The notes under the pieces are model-generated. The model did not search any database. It was not told the origin of the DNA and saw only the letters and a list, made by a program, of their open reading frames with translations. A stretch of 30,957 nt of DNA from Bdellovibrionia bacterium (lineage in GTDB: Bacteria > Bdellovibrionota > UBA1018), in NCBI GenBank assembly GCA_045805065.1, contig JBJMMA010000180.1, positions 1 to 30,957 on the forward strand. Reading direction: 5' to 3'. This document shows, in pieces, positions 20,293 to 28,030 of this stretch; position 1 is the first letter of the stretch; each line of letters starts with the position of its first letter. The position numbers were made by a program, and so were the translations under genes.

Positions 20293-21111
20293 ATGAGCAC
20301 ATCCATGGGGCCGGCGCCTCTAGCAAACGCAACACCCGAAGAACTGAGAAACGTCCGAGGCGTCTGTCTCGATATCGATGACACGCTCTCCACGCACGGA
20401 AAGCTCACGGCCGAAGCCTATACGGCGCTCTGGAAGCTCAAGGAAGCTGGCTTCTATGTCGTGCCGATCACAGGCCGCCCCGCTGGATGGTGCGACCACT
20501 TTGCGCGCTTCTGGCCAGTGGATGCGATTGTGGGCGAGAACGGCGCGTTTACGTTTTTCATGCAGGATGGTGTGAGAAAGCGCATTGATACGCCGGCGCA
20601 AGACACGCCTCAGGCTTTGAAGCTGAGACTCCAGAAGCTTGCCGAGAAGATTCGCGCGCGTTTTCCGCATGCCCGCTGGGCATCCGATCAGGACTACCGC
20701 GAGTATGATCTTGCGATCGACTTTTGCGAAGACGTTCCAACCTGGCCGCAGGCGGATGTGGAAGAGCTTTTGAAGCTTTGCCATGACGATGGCGCGCACG
20801 CCAAGCTCTCGAGCATCCACGTCAATACCTGGTTTGGGGATTACGATAAGAGAAAAGGCTTTGAGCACTGGCTCTTGAAAGCTGGCGTGGCACCGAAAGG
20901 AGCACCTGGCTGGGATCAGTGGCTTTTTATCGGCGATTCTCCAAACGATGAACCGATGTTTGCCGCTTTCAAATACACCGTGGGCGTCGCCAATCTCAGC
21001 AAGTATCTCTCACGCCTCAAGAATCCTCCGCGCTGGATCACATCGCACGAAAGCGGCGCGGGCTTTGCCGAGATGGCTGAAAAACTGATCGCAGTTCACA
21101 AAGGTTTGTAA
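20293..21111 (+). CDS. HAD-IIB family hydrolase
   Basis: DIDDTL, ITGRPAGW, GENG, KLSSIHVN, GDSPNDEPMF and GVAN; start moved to ATG 20293. Confidence 0.88.
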   Translation: MSTSMGPAPLANATPEELRNVRGVCLDIDDTLSTHGKLTAEAYTALWKLKEAGFYVVPITGRPAGWCDHFARFWPVDAIVGENGAFTFFMQDGVRKRIDTPAQDTPQALKLRLQKLAEKIRARFPHARWASDQDYREYDLAIDFCEDVPTWPQADVEELLKLCHDDGAHAKLSSIHVNTWFGDYDKRKGFEHWLLKAGVAPKGAPGWDQWLFIGDSPNDEPMFAAFKYTVGVANLSKYLSRLKNPPRWITSHESGAGFAEMAEKLIAVHKGL

Positions 21112-21129
21112 AAACCGGGAAAACACTTC

Positions 21130-22422
21130 GTGGATAATATCACGCACTCGCTCATCGGAATGACCATGGGCGAGGGGATCAGATGCCTTCCTCGCTTTAA
21201 AGACAGCTCACCCAAGTTTCGCTTTGCCATCCTTTGGGCCGCGATCATCGGAAACAATTTTCCGGATGGTGATTTCATCATCAATCGCTATTTAAATGGC
21301 GGGGAGCTCGGCTATCTTCTTCATCACCGTGGCTATACGCATACGCTGATTGCAACACCCTTGGAAGCCGTTGCCACGATGCTGATTGCGGCAGCTTTCA
21401 TTGGGGTGAGAGGTTTTCGCGGGCTCACACGCTCGGAGTGGTGGACGCTCTTTTGGGTATCGCTAGGGTCTGTCTGCCTGCACGTTGCCGCTGACTTCAT
21501 GAACGACTACGGCGTTCATCCGTTTGCGCCGTTCTGGCCACGCTGGCTTTATGGTGGTTTTATCTACATTGTCGAGCCGCTCATTCTTGCGTCGCTCCTT
21601 CCGCTTCTGGTTTTCAGGTTTCAATCACGGATTGCACGGGGTTTAGGTGTTGCGCTCACTGCGGTGCTGGTGGTGCTTCTCTGGTTTACGAAAATTCTGA
21701 CCTGGCCCGTGGCGCTGGCAAATACTTTGTTTCTGGCGCTTGCGCTCTGGGTGCAGAAGCGTCGTCCGGGAGTTGCTCAGCCCATTGCTTTTGCCTTGTC
21801 GGTGCTCGTTATTTTCGGCGTGATGAGCCGGGTCACCGCATCTAAAGTACGGGAGAAGATCTCGCTCGAGCAGCCAGAAGAGAAGATCACTCAACTTGTG
21901 ACAACTCCACTTCCTGGAAATCCCTTTTGCTGGCAGGTGATTCCGGTAAGTCGTCTCGATATGGATGAAATGGCTGGCCAAACTTCTGTCAAGATCTCGG
22001 GCCAGATGGTGACCCCATTCTTTGAGCGCCTGGGTGTGGTGAGCCTCTGGCCTTCTGTGTTTCCTCCAGAGACCTGTTATTTTCGCGCGGCTGTCGAGCG
22101 CACGGCGCCTTTGATGAAATCAAGTCTTAGTGCGGATGCGAACACGTTTTGGATTGGTGAGTTCCGCGGAACCGTTGAAAGCCTTTCGGCGTCAGCCACA
22201 CAGTACTGCCGCTTTGAGCAGTTTCTGCGTTGGGCGCGTGTGCCGTTTTATTTCAAAATGCCGGGAAATGTTCTTCTTGGGGGAGATCTTCGATATGATC
22301 GCGAGCCTGAGCTTGGCTTTGCGGAGCATGAGTTTCAACCGGGAGAGCCATGCCTTGTGCATGCCCCCAATTGGGATAGTCCTTCAGGGCTTCTTCAAAA
22401 CGGTCTTCAAAAAAAGCAGTAA
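21130..22422 (+). CDS. Membrane-bound metal-dependent hydrolase (YdjM-like)
   Basis: MDNITHSLIG, PDGD, HHRGYTH and HVAADFMNDYG motifs with several TM helices. Confidence 0.85.
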   Translation: MDNITHSLIGMTMGEGIRCLPRFKDSSPKFRFAILWAAIIGNNFPDGDFIINRYLNGGELGYLLHHRGYTHTLIATPLEAVATMLIAAAFIGVRGFRGLTRSEWWTLFWVSLGSVCLHVAADFMNDYGVHPFAPFWPRWLYGGFIYIVEPLILASLLPLLVFRFQSRIARGLGVALTAVLVVLLWFTKILTWPVALANTLFLALALWVQKRRPGVAQPIAFALSVLVIFGVMSRVTASKVREKISLEQPEEKITQLVTTPLPGNPFCWQVIPVSRLDMDEMAGQTSVKISGQMVTPFFERLGVVSLWPSVFPPETCYFRAAVERTAPLMKSSLSADANTFWIGEFRGTVESLSASATQYCRFEQFLRWARVPFYFKMPGNVLLGGDLRYDREPELGFAEHEFQPGEPCLVHAPNWDSPSGLLQNGLQKKQ

Positions 22423-23410
22423 GATCTTCCGGCAAACCTGAGCTGAATTCGACCATCTTGCCGGTCAATGGATGCTCAAAGCGGATGCCCGCGGCATGGA
22501 GCGCATGCCTTGGCAGAATGATCTTGGCTTGTGCTTCAGCAGAAAGATGCTGACGCTCGTAAAATCTGAGGGCTTCCTCTTCTGGTACGCCGTAAAGCTT
22601 ATCGCCCACGATCGGATGTCCTGCGGCTTCCAGGTGCACGCGGATCTGATGCTGACGACCCGTTTTTGGATAGCATGCAACGAGTGAGAATTCGCCAAAG
22701 CGATTAGTTGCGGTTTTAAGGCGCTTGAAGCTGGTGAATGCCGATTGTGCGCCCTCGCTTTCGGGTGCGGTCATCATCTTGAGTTCGATGACGGAGTTTG
22801 CGCGCTTGATTCCAAGATCGACCGAGAACTCATCCTTGGGTTTGCCGTAAACAAGAGCCAGATAATATTTCTCGGTTTTGCGCTCAGCAAATTGCTGAGT
22901 GAGATGAGTGCAGACTTCTTTGTCTTTGGACATGACCAAGATGCCGCTCGTCTCTTTGTCGATCCGATGCACGAGATAGTACTCGCGCTCAGCCTTCATC
23001 GGCGTTTTGTGGCCTTGTGTCTTGAGATGAACCAGAAGCGTGTTGAAGAAGTAGCGCCCTGCCGGATGCACGGGAAGGTGTGCTGGCTTTTCGATGACGA
23101 AGAGGACTTCGTCTTCAAAAAGGATCTTATAGTTGAAGTTCACCGGAGGCTCTTCCTTGCGTTCGGTCAAAACGAGGACTTCGTCGCCGGAGATGAGCTG
23201 GAGTGAGGGTTTGAGCTTTCCAAGAACCAGGTGAGGGCTTTGGGCGCGGCGGATGCTGATTACGCCGGACTCGATGGCGCGCTTCAGGGTTTCGCGGGAG
23301 CGCTTGCGGTAGCGCTCCTTCAGGAATGCATCGAGCCGAATTCCAGTTTGCTTGACCTCATGGGTGACAAGATAGTGGTCTTCGGATTTGAAGTTATCGG
23401 TCGAAAGCAT
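22253..23410 (-). CDS. RluA/RluD-family pseudouridine synthase with N-terminal S4-like domain
   Basis: RLDAFL, EKPAHLPVHP, catalytic HRIDKETSG, TGRQHQIRVH, HPIVGDKLYG and ALHA. Start ATG 23410 or TTG 23422. Confidence 0.92.
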   Translation of the reverse strand: MLSTDNFKSEDHYLVTHEVKQTGIRLDAFLKERYRKRSRETLKRAIESGVISIRRAQSPHLVLGKLKPSLQLISGDEVLVLTERKEEPPVNFNYKILFEDEVLFVIEKPAHLPVHPAGRYFFNTLLVHLKTQGHKTPMKAEREYYLVHRIDKETSGILVMSKDKEVCTHLTQQFAERKTEKYYLALVYGKPKDEFSVDLGIKRANSVIELKMMTAPESEGAQSAFTSFKRLKTATNRFGEFSLVACYPKTGRQHQIRVHLEAAGHPIVGDKLYGVPEEEALRFYERQHLSAEAQAKIILPRHALHAAGIRFEHPLTGKMVEFSSGLPEDLTAFFEDRFEEALKDYPNWGHAQGMALPVETHAPQSQAQARDHIEDLPQEEHFPAF

Positions 23411-23423
23411 TCTTAAAAACAAC

Positions 23424-23471
23424 CCTGCGTCATGAATATATCCTTACTTCAGGACATATCAATGACGCAGG
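23424..23471 (-). terminator. Long imperfect hairpin with U-rich tail immediately before the RluA-family gene
   Basis: CCTGCGTCAT..ATGACGCAGG outer stem; the inner stem pairs better on the minus strand (G-U) and is followed by GTTGTTTTT. Confidence 0.5.
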
Positions 23472-23507
23472 ATGATGTAAACCGTCTTCAGGAGGACTCA
23501 AAAGTCT

Positions 23508-23960
23508 TTAGCGGGTCGGCAGCTTAACTGCGCAAGTCATTAATTTCTGAAGGACTTGGCCGTTTGCTTTCTGGACTCGGAAGTTTCCAGGAACGATGCC
23601 TTGAGAGGTCGTAGGGCTTGGAGAGGCGACGTTGATGCTCAAGGTGACCCACTGGAGCTCAGCCAGGCGAGCGCCACCGACCAGAATTTCTGGGTTTGGA
23701 ATCTGGGCTCCGCGGGTATTGGCCTCAAAAACAGGTCCGAATTGGGATTGCTTGACGTCGACTTGGGTAAATTTTGCGAGTGTCTGATGGCCTCTTGAGG
23801 CCGATGGGTCGATCAAGGTCATGGCGTTTTTAGGGCCAATCTGGACCATGAGTTCGCGGTCGAAGGTACCGCAAAGAGCTGCACCGCCTTGCGCGAATGC
23901 TGAGGAGCTGCCGAGAATGGCTAGGACAGAGAGGAGAATAGTAGTTTTTACGTTCTTCAT
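23508..23960 (-). CDS. Hypothetical secreted protein
   Basis: MKNVKTTILLSVLAILGSSSAFA signal peptide from ATG 23960; Cys near each end of the mature chain; divergent from LysR. Confidence 0.7.
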   Translation of the reverse strand: MKNVKTTILLSVLAILGSSSAFAQGGAALCGTFDRELMVQIGPKNAMTLIDPSASRGHQTLAKFTQVDVKQSQFGPVFEANTRGAQIPNPEILVGGARLAELQWVTLSINVASPSPTTSQGIVPGNFRVQKANGQVLQKLMTCAVKLPTR

Positions 23961-24000
23961 AGTTCGCGGGAAGCTATGCTTTGACGCGGCTATCAGTAAA

Positions 24001-24027
24001 ATACATATGTTGTAATTTATTATGTAT
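24001..24027. promoter_or_regulatory. Candidate LysR-type binding site
   Basis: ATAC-N7-GTAA (T-N11-A) and ATACATA..TATGTAT dyad in the AT-rich divergent intergenic region. Confidence 0.45.
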
Positions 24028-24070
24028 CTTTTGAATGGTGCCATGACGAATGTCGGCGTAGAATGACTTC

Positions 24071-24898
24071 ATGGATCATTTTTCGCTCGAAGGGTTATCG
24101 TGGGAGTTGTCGGTTTTATCCAAAGCCGTGGCTTACAAGAATCTTTCTGGAGCCGCGCAAAATGTCGGCATCAGCCAGCCGCAGCTTTCCCGAATTGTTG
24201 GAAAGTTGGAAACAGAGCTCAGAGCCGTACTCTTGGATCGTGGCGCGCGAAGAAAATCGGGTTGGACTCCGCTCGCATTTCAGCTCGCTGAAGTTTATCT
24301 CAAATCGGTTCGCGGATTGAACTCCGACGTTCAAAAGTTGATTGAGGGAAATGAGCCAAGGCTTCTTCATATCGGAACGCTGGAAGGACTCATTCAACTT
24401 GCCGTGAAGTTCGGCAATCATATTCTCACTCAGACCGGCATCGAAACCATTGAAGTGAACGTTTACGATCTCAACGTTCTTGAAGAGAAATTTTTCAAAG
24501 GTGATCTGGATGTGATTTTCACGGCTCGTGAGCCGGGCCGAAAGAAATATCAGTACAGCAAGCATCTGGGTTACCAGTCACTTGAGCTGGTTGAGAGCTC
24601 AGACAAGTTTCGCGTGATGAGCTCTTTTGAATTTGGCGTCTCTGAAGTGAAAGGCGCGCGCCAAAGCAAAAGCAAAAAAAGCGAAGATCAGGGGCCAAAA
24701 ACGATTATTAGTAATTCGCTCGCCGTGCGTCGCCAGTGGATGGAGTCCTGGGGGGGGATCGGCACTCTTCCATCTCCTGTCCGCTCTTTGAAAAAAGCGG
24801 CCGCAACCTCATACAAGGTCGTCGAAGAAGACGATGTCTACCTTTACGCGCAAGACTACCTCAGCTCCGCTCTCTGGGAGAAAGCTGCCAAGTTCTAA
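24071..24898 (+). CDS. LysR family transcriptional regulator (divergent effector domain)
   Basis: NLSGAAQNVGISQPQLSRIVGKLETEL..LLDR HTH motif. Confidence 0.85.
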   Translation: MDHFSLEGLSWELSVLSKAVAYKNLSGAAQNVGISQPQLSRIVGKLETELRAVLLDRGARRKSGWTPLAFQLAEVYLKSVRGLNSDVQKLIEGNEPRLLHIGTLEGLIQLAVKFGNHILTQTGIETIEVNVYDLNVLEEKFFKGDLDVIFTAREPGRKKYQYSKHLGYQSLELVESSDKFRVMSSFEFGVSEVKGARQSKSKKSEDQGPKTIISNSLAVRRQWMESWGGIGTLPSPVRSLKKAAATSYKVVEEDDVYLYAQDYLSSALWEKAAKF

Positions 24899-25142
24899 CC
24901 AAAAGGTGGTCGCCTCCTTTTTGTAGTGACGCCGCGTCAAAGTCCGGAAAGCGAACAAATCACCGCGTGAATCAAACTGAGTTAGAAACCGAGCCGTTCC
25001 AGGCAGGATGCCGTCTGGGAACTGTGACAGGATGTCACAGCGAGGCTTTCTAACTCAGTTTGATTCACGCTGTGATTTGCTCACGTTCGGTGACTTATGA
25101 CACATCTGCGCTACAAAAAGGAGGCGACCACCTTTTGGTTAG
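24895..25142. repeat. Nested palindromic REP/REPIN-like element, copy 1
   Basis: Perfect 32-bp terminal IR (24895-24926 / 25111-25142), 33-bp inner stem (24956-24988 / 25047-25079, 1 mismatch) and a core with two GGA-loop hairpins. Confidence 0.9.
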
Positions 25143-25465
25143 GCAGCCTTTTTCCGCTTTTTGTCTTCCGGAAGCTGTGTGTTTCCTTTGGCGACAGGCT
25201 GCTCTCCAGTTCCGGCTTGGTCCTGATCTGCATGGTCGCTGATGCGCTCGTCTGCGTCTTGGAAGTTGTCATCTTGCTCAGACAGGGGAGGCGTAATCAG
25301 GCTTCCCTGGTCAGGCCGAATTCGTCGAATGCTTGGATCGCCTTGCCCAGGAATGCTGTGCCTGTTTGCCAGCTCGTCTTTCTTTGGATCGACGATTCCG
25401 CTGTCGTGGGCTTCTCGTTCAAGACCTATCAACTTGTCGTCAAATTTCTTTTCTGCGTTTGCCAT
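25139..25465 (-). CDS. Small hydrophilic hypothetical protein
   Basis: 108 aa from ATG 25465 (MANAEKK..), Asp/Gln/Lys-rich, ends KKRKKAA; its stop codon lies inside the element's IR. Confidence 0.55.
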   Translation of the reverse strand: MANAEKKFDDKLIGLEREAHDSGIVDPKKDELANRHSIPGQGDPSIRRIRPDQGSLITPPLSEQDDNFQDADERISDHADQDQAGTGEQPVAKGNTQLPEDKKRKKAA

Positions 25466-25499
25466 GCTTTGAGAGCGTGCAATTGACGCACCTGCACTG

Positions 25500-25524
25500 C
25501 CAAAAGTAGGCGACCACCTTTTGG
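25500..25524 (-). repeat. Solo REP-like end motif
   Basis: CCAAAAGTAGGCGACCACCTTTTGG, the reverse complement of CCAAAAGGTGGTCGCCTACTTTTGG; self-complementary ends. Confidence 0.85.
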
Positions 25525-25552
25525 GTTTTGGCCGAATTGCCGATAAGGAAGT

Positions 25553-28030
25553 GTGAAACTTCGGTCCTTTTTTCAAAACTTGGCGATCATCGGTGGGGCT
25601 TTTTGGAGCCTATGCCTTTGGACTGCCGTTGGTTTTTCTGCTGCTCAGCCTTCTGCGCTCGAGGCTTTGGACCGAATCGCTGAAAAAGCCGGAAGCCTGG
25701 ATGGCTTTCTCAACAGCCCGCAGATCCAGGACGAGTATTTTCACGCGCTCGCAAAGTACTATGGCGAGAGTCGGTTTCCGCGTCAGTCGTTTGACGTTAT
25801 TCTGGGTCAGATAAAAGATCTCGTCGCCAAAGTTCCCGAAGCGAAGGAGAGAATTTGGAGACGGCTGCCGTCGCATGACCCTTCGGTCATTGAGACACTT
25901 GAAGCTCCTGAAGGTGTGCAGCTCCATGCTGAAGGCTGGCAGAAATATCAGTCGCATTGGACTGACCAGCTGAAGAAAGATTCTGAACCCATTCGTGCGC
26001 TTCCGTCTGAGGAAGCTCGTCTGGCTGAGGTGAATCGGCTTTTTTCGCGTTTAGGCAAGCGCGTCCAGGACTTCAACTTGAAATTGAAGTCATCGGGCGT
26101 ATCCAGGCGCGTGCAAGAAGCTCAAAGCCGTGAGTTTTTCTTGAGCCTTCGCAATGATGCCGACTTTAAGAAGGCGACTTCCTATCTTGTGCTGGAGCAA
26201 ATTCAGCATGGAAAAATCTCGGAGTACTTTCATTCGTCCGACCCGAGTCTGGTGCTTTACGGGTTAGAAGAACTGCAAAAGCTTCAAGCGCCAAAGGGAA
26301 TTGAGATCCCTGATTCGCTTCAATCGCTCTTGAAGCATGCATCGCCATCTCCTGAGTCGGTTCTGACTGACTCGAATGTTTTTCATTTACCAAAGCCTGA
26401 AAAAGGCGAGCGATCGGGACGCGCGCTCAAGGCGCAGAAATGGATTTTTCGGGAGCCCCCAAGGCTTCTGCATACTCTCTGGAGAGGTTTGCCTTTGAAT
26501 GAGTGTGTAGGCGGCTCCTGCAAATGGCTGGATGAAACGACTGCTCGTCGCTGGGCGGTAAGTTTGCTTGAAGGCGCGCAGATTCAGTATCTCGAGCGAG
26601 GCGATCACTTTTTAGGATACGTGCAATCAGTTCCCGCGCAGCTTGGCAGCAAGCGCGTGGCCTCTTTGGAAGTCATGGCGCCGGACATGAAAAGAGTTGC
26701 GCTGACTCGCAGTGGTGATGGAGCGGCTTATTCCTCAAAAACCCTGTTTAATGCCTGGTACTCGACTGCCGTGAAGCGGTTGCCTGAAGGAACCCGAGGA
26801 TTTGCTATCGGAAATGCAGAGGGCTTTCATAACGGAAATGGTTACGCGGGTATTTATAGCAGCGGTGCTTTTATCCAAGGAAGCGAGATCGGGTCTTCTG
26901 CCGAATTCATACCCGTCGATGTGAAGTTTGAGAAGAAAGTCGCAAAGTCTGCGCCAGGCGGTGATGTCGCAAAACGATATGGCGGTCCCGATCGAATGAT
27001 TTTTGAAGGACGCGATCTCAACACCGAAATTTTGACCCTGCTGAATCCAGATTCAACATCATCGGATGAAGCTGTGCACTCCGTAGAGGCTGCGAAAGCG
27101 ATCATAAACGGGCCTGTAGAAGGTGAAGGCAGGCTTCTCGCTTCTTTAGCTTTTCAAGAATGGTCACCCGAAATGAACGAGTTGCTCAAGAAAGAGCGCA
27201 AAGTCATCTTGGAAGCATTAAGAAATGAGGACTTACCCGCTCACAAAAGCGCAGTTGAACTGATCAAAAATGCAGTGCCGAGAGCGTTATATACTTTGTT
27301 TAAGAGCGGATGGAATGAACCCGCGACCGCAAAAGAATTTCAAATGCTTGCTGAAGAAGCGAAGTTGTTCATGATGTATCGAAAGAATGTGAAGCGCGTG
27401 ACTACTCCGCTGGGGGATGTGTTTGAGGAAAGGCTAATTCCGTTTTTGAGCAAAAAGCCAAGCTTGGATGAAATTCGAATGGTTCGAAATGCGATGCGAG
27501 AGGCAAGATCAGGCGAATTAGAAATATTATTTATGAAAGAGGCGCTGAAGCGAGTTTCAAACCCGCGGGGTTTTGTTCATATTCTCAATGTGAATGCAGA
27601 AGGTAGTTTGACTCAAGTTTACTCTAAAATGTTTAATGAGTTCGTTCACGAAGTGATGCCAAATCTTCTTCAGTTGAATCCAAGCCCTGAAGACCTGTTC
27701 ATCTTTATGCATTACAATGGAAAGCATCTCGACATCACCAATCTGGAAAGTATCACCCGCGAAGGGCTTCAAAGAGCTAAAACCGCGGATGACTTCATCG
27801 CGTTCGCTACCTTCAATTTTAAGAATCCACTCTCTCAACGAGAGAGTGAGCTTAGGAAAAAACTTATTCAAGAAAACGCCGAGACCTTTCTAAAGCTGCA
27901 TCCAAGCCGAACTCAAAAAGTCATCCTCAACTCATTTGCTCACGATTCCTTCGGACGGCGCGACCTTTTAGACGCCGTACGTGCGGCCCCAGCCTGCATC
28001 GTGCGCTTCATAAAATATCGATTTAACTAA
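25553..28030 (+). CDS. Large orphan secreted protein with C-terminal 74-aa helical repeats
   Basis: 825-aa ORF, GTG start after AAGGAAG, signal-like N-terminus; no confident family assignment. Confidence 0.75.
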   Translation: MKLRSFFQNLAIIGGAFWSLCLWTAVGFSAAQPSALEALDRIAEKAGSLDGFLNSPQIQDEYFHALAKYYGESRFPRQSFDVILGQIKDLVAKVPEAKERIWRRLPSHDPSVIETLEAPEGVQLHAEGWQKYQSHWTDQLKKDSEPIRALPSEEARLAEVNRLFSRLGKRVQDFNLKLKSSGVSRRVQEAQSREFFLSLRNDADFKKATSYLVLEQIQHGKISEYFHSSDPSLVLYGLEELQKLQAPKGIEIPDSLQSLLKHASPSPESVLTDSNVFHLPKPEKGERSGRALKAQKWIFREPPRLLHTLWRGLPLNECVGGSCKWLDETTARRWAVSLLEGAQIQYLERGDHFLGYVQSVPAQLGSKRVASLEVMAPDMKRVALTRSGDGAAYSSKTLFNAWYSTAVKRLPEGTRGFAIGNAEGFHNGNGYAGIYSSGAFIQGSEIGSSAEFIPVDVKFEKKVAKSAPGGDVAKRYGGPDRMIFEGRDLNTEILTLLNPDSTSSDEAVHSVEAAKAIINGPVEGEGRLLASLAFQEWSPEMNELLKKERKVILEALRNEDLPAHKSAVELIKNAVPRALYTLFKSGWNEPATAKEFQMLAEEAKLFMMYRKNVKRVTTPLGDVFEERLIPFLSKKPSLDEIRMVRNAMREARSGELEILFMKEALKRVSNPRGFVHILNVNAEGSLTQVYSKMFNEFVHEVMPNLLQLNPSPEDLFIFMHYNGKHLDITNLESITREGLQRAKTADDFIAFATFNFKNPLSQRESELRKKLIQENAETFLKLHPSRTQKVILNSFAHDSFGRRDLLDAVRAAPACIVRFIKYRFN

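Noticed and set aside
24895..25142. Retron msr-msd, or an autonomous IS
   Set aside because: No reverse transcriptase or transposase is recognisable nearby, and no flanking direct target duplication was seen.
24895..25142. Plain rho-independent terminator
   Set aside because: It may terminate transcription, but that does not explain the 250-bp nested structure, conserved core or second copy.
24736..25486. Short plus-strand ORFs crossing the element, and other shadow ORFs in the track
   Set aside because: They overlap better-supported genes or palindromic DNA and carry no recognisable motifs.
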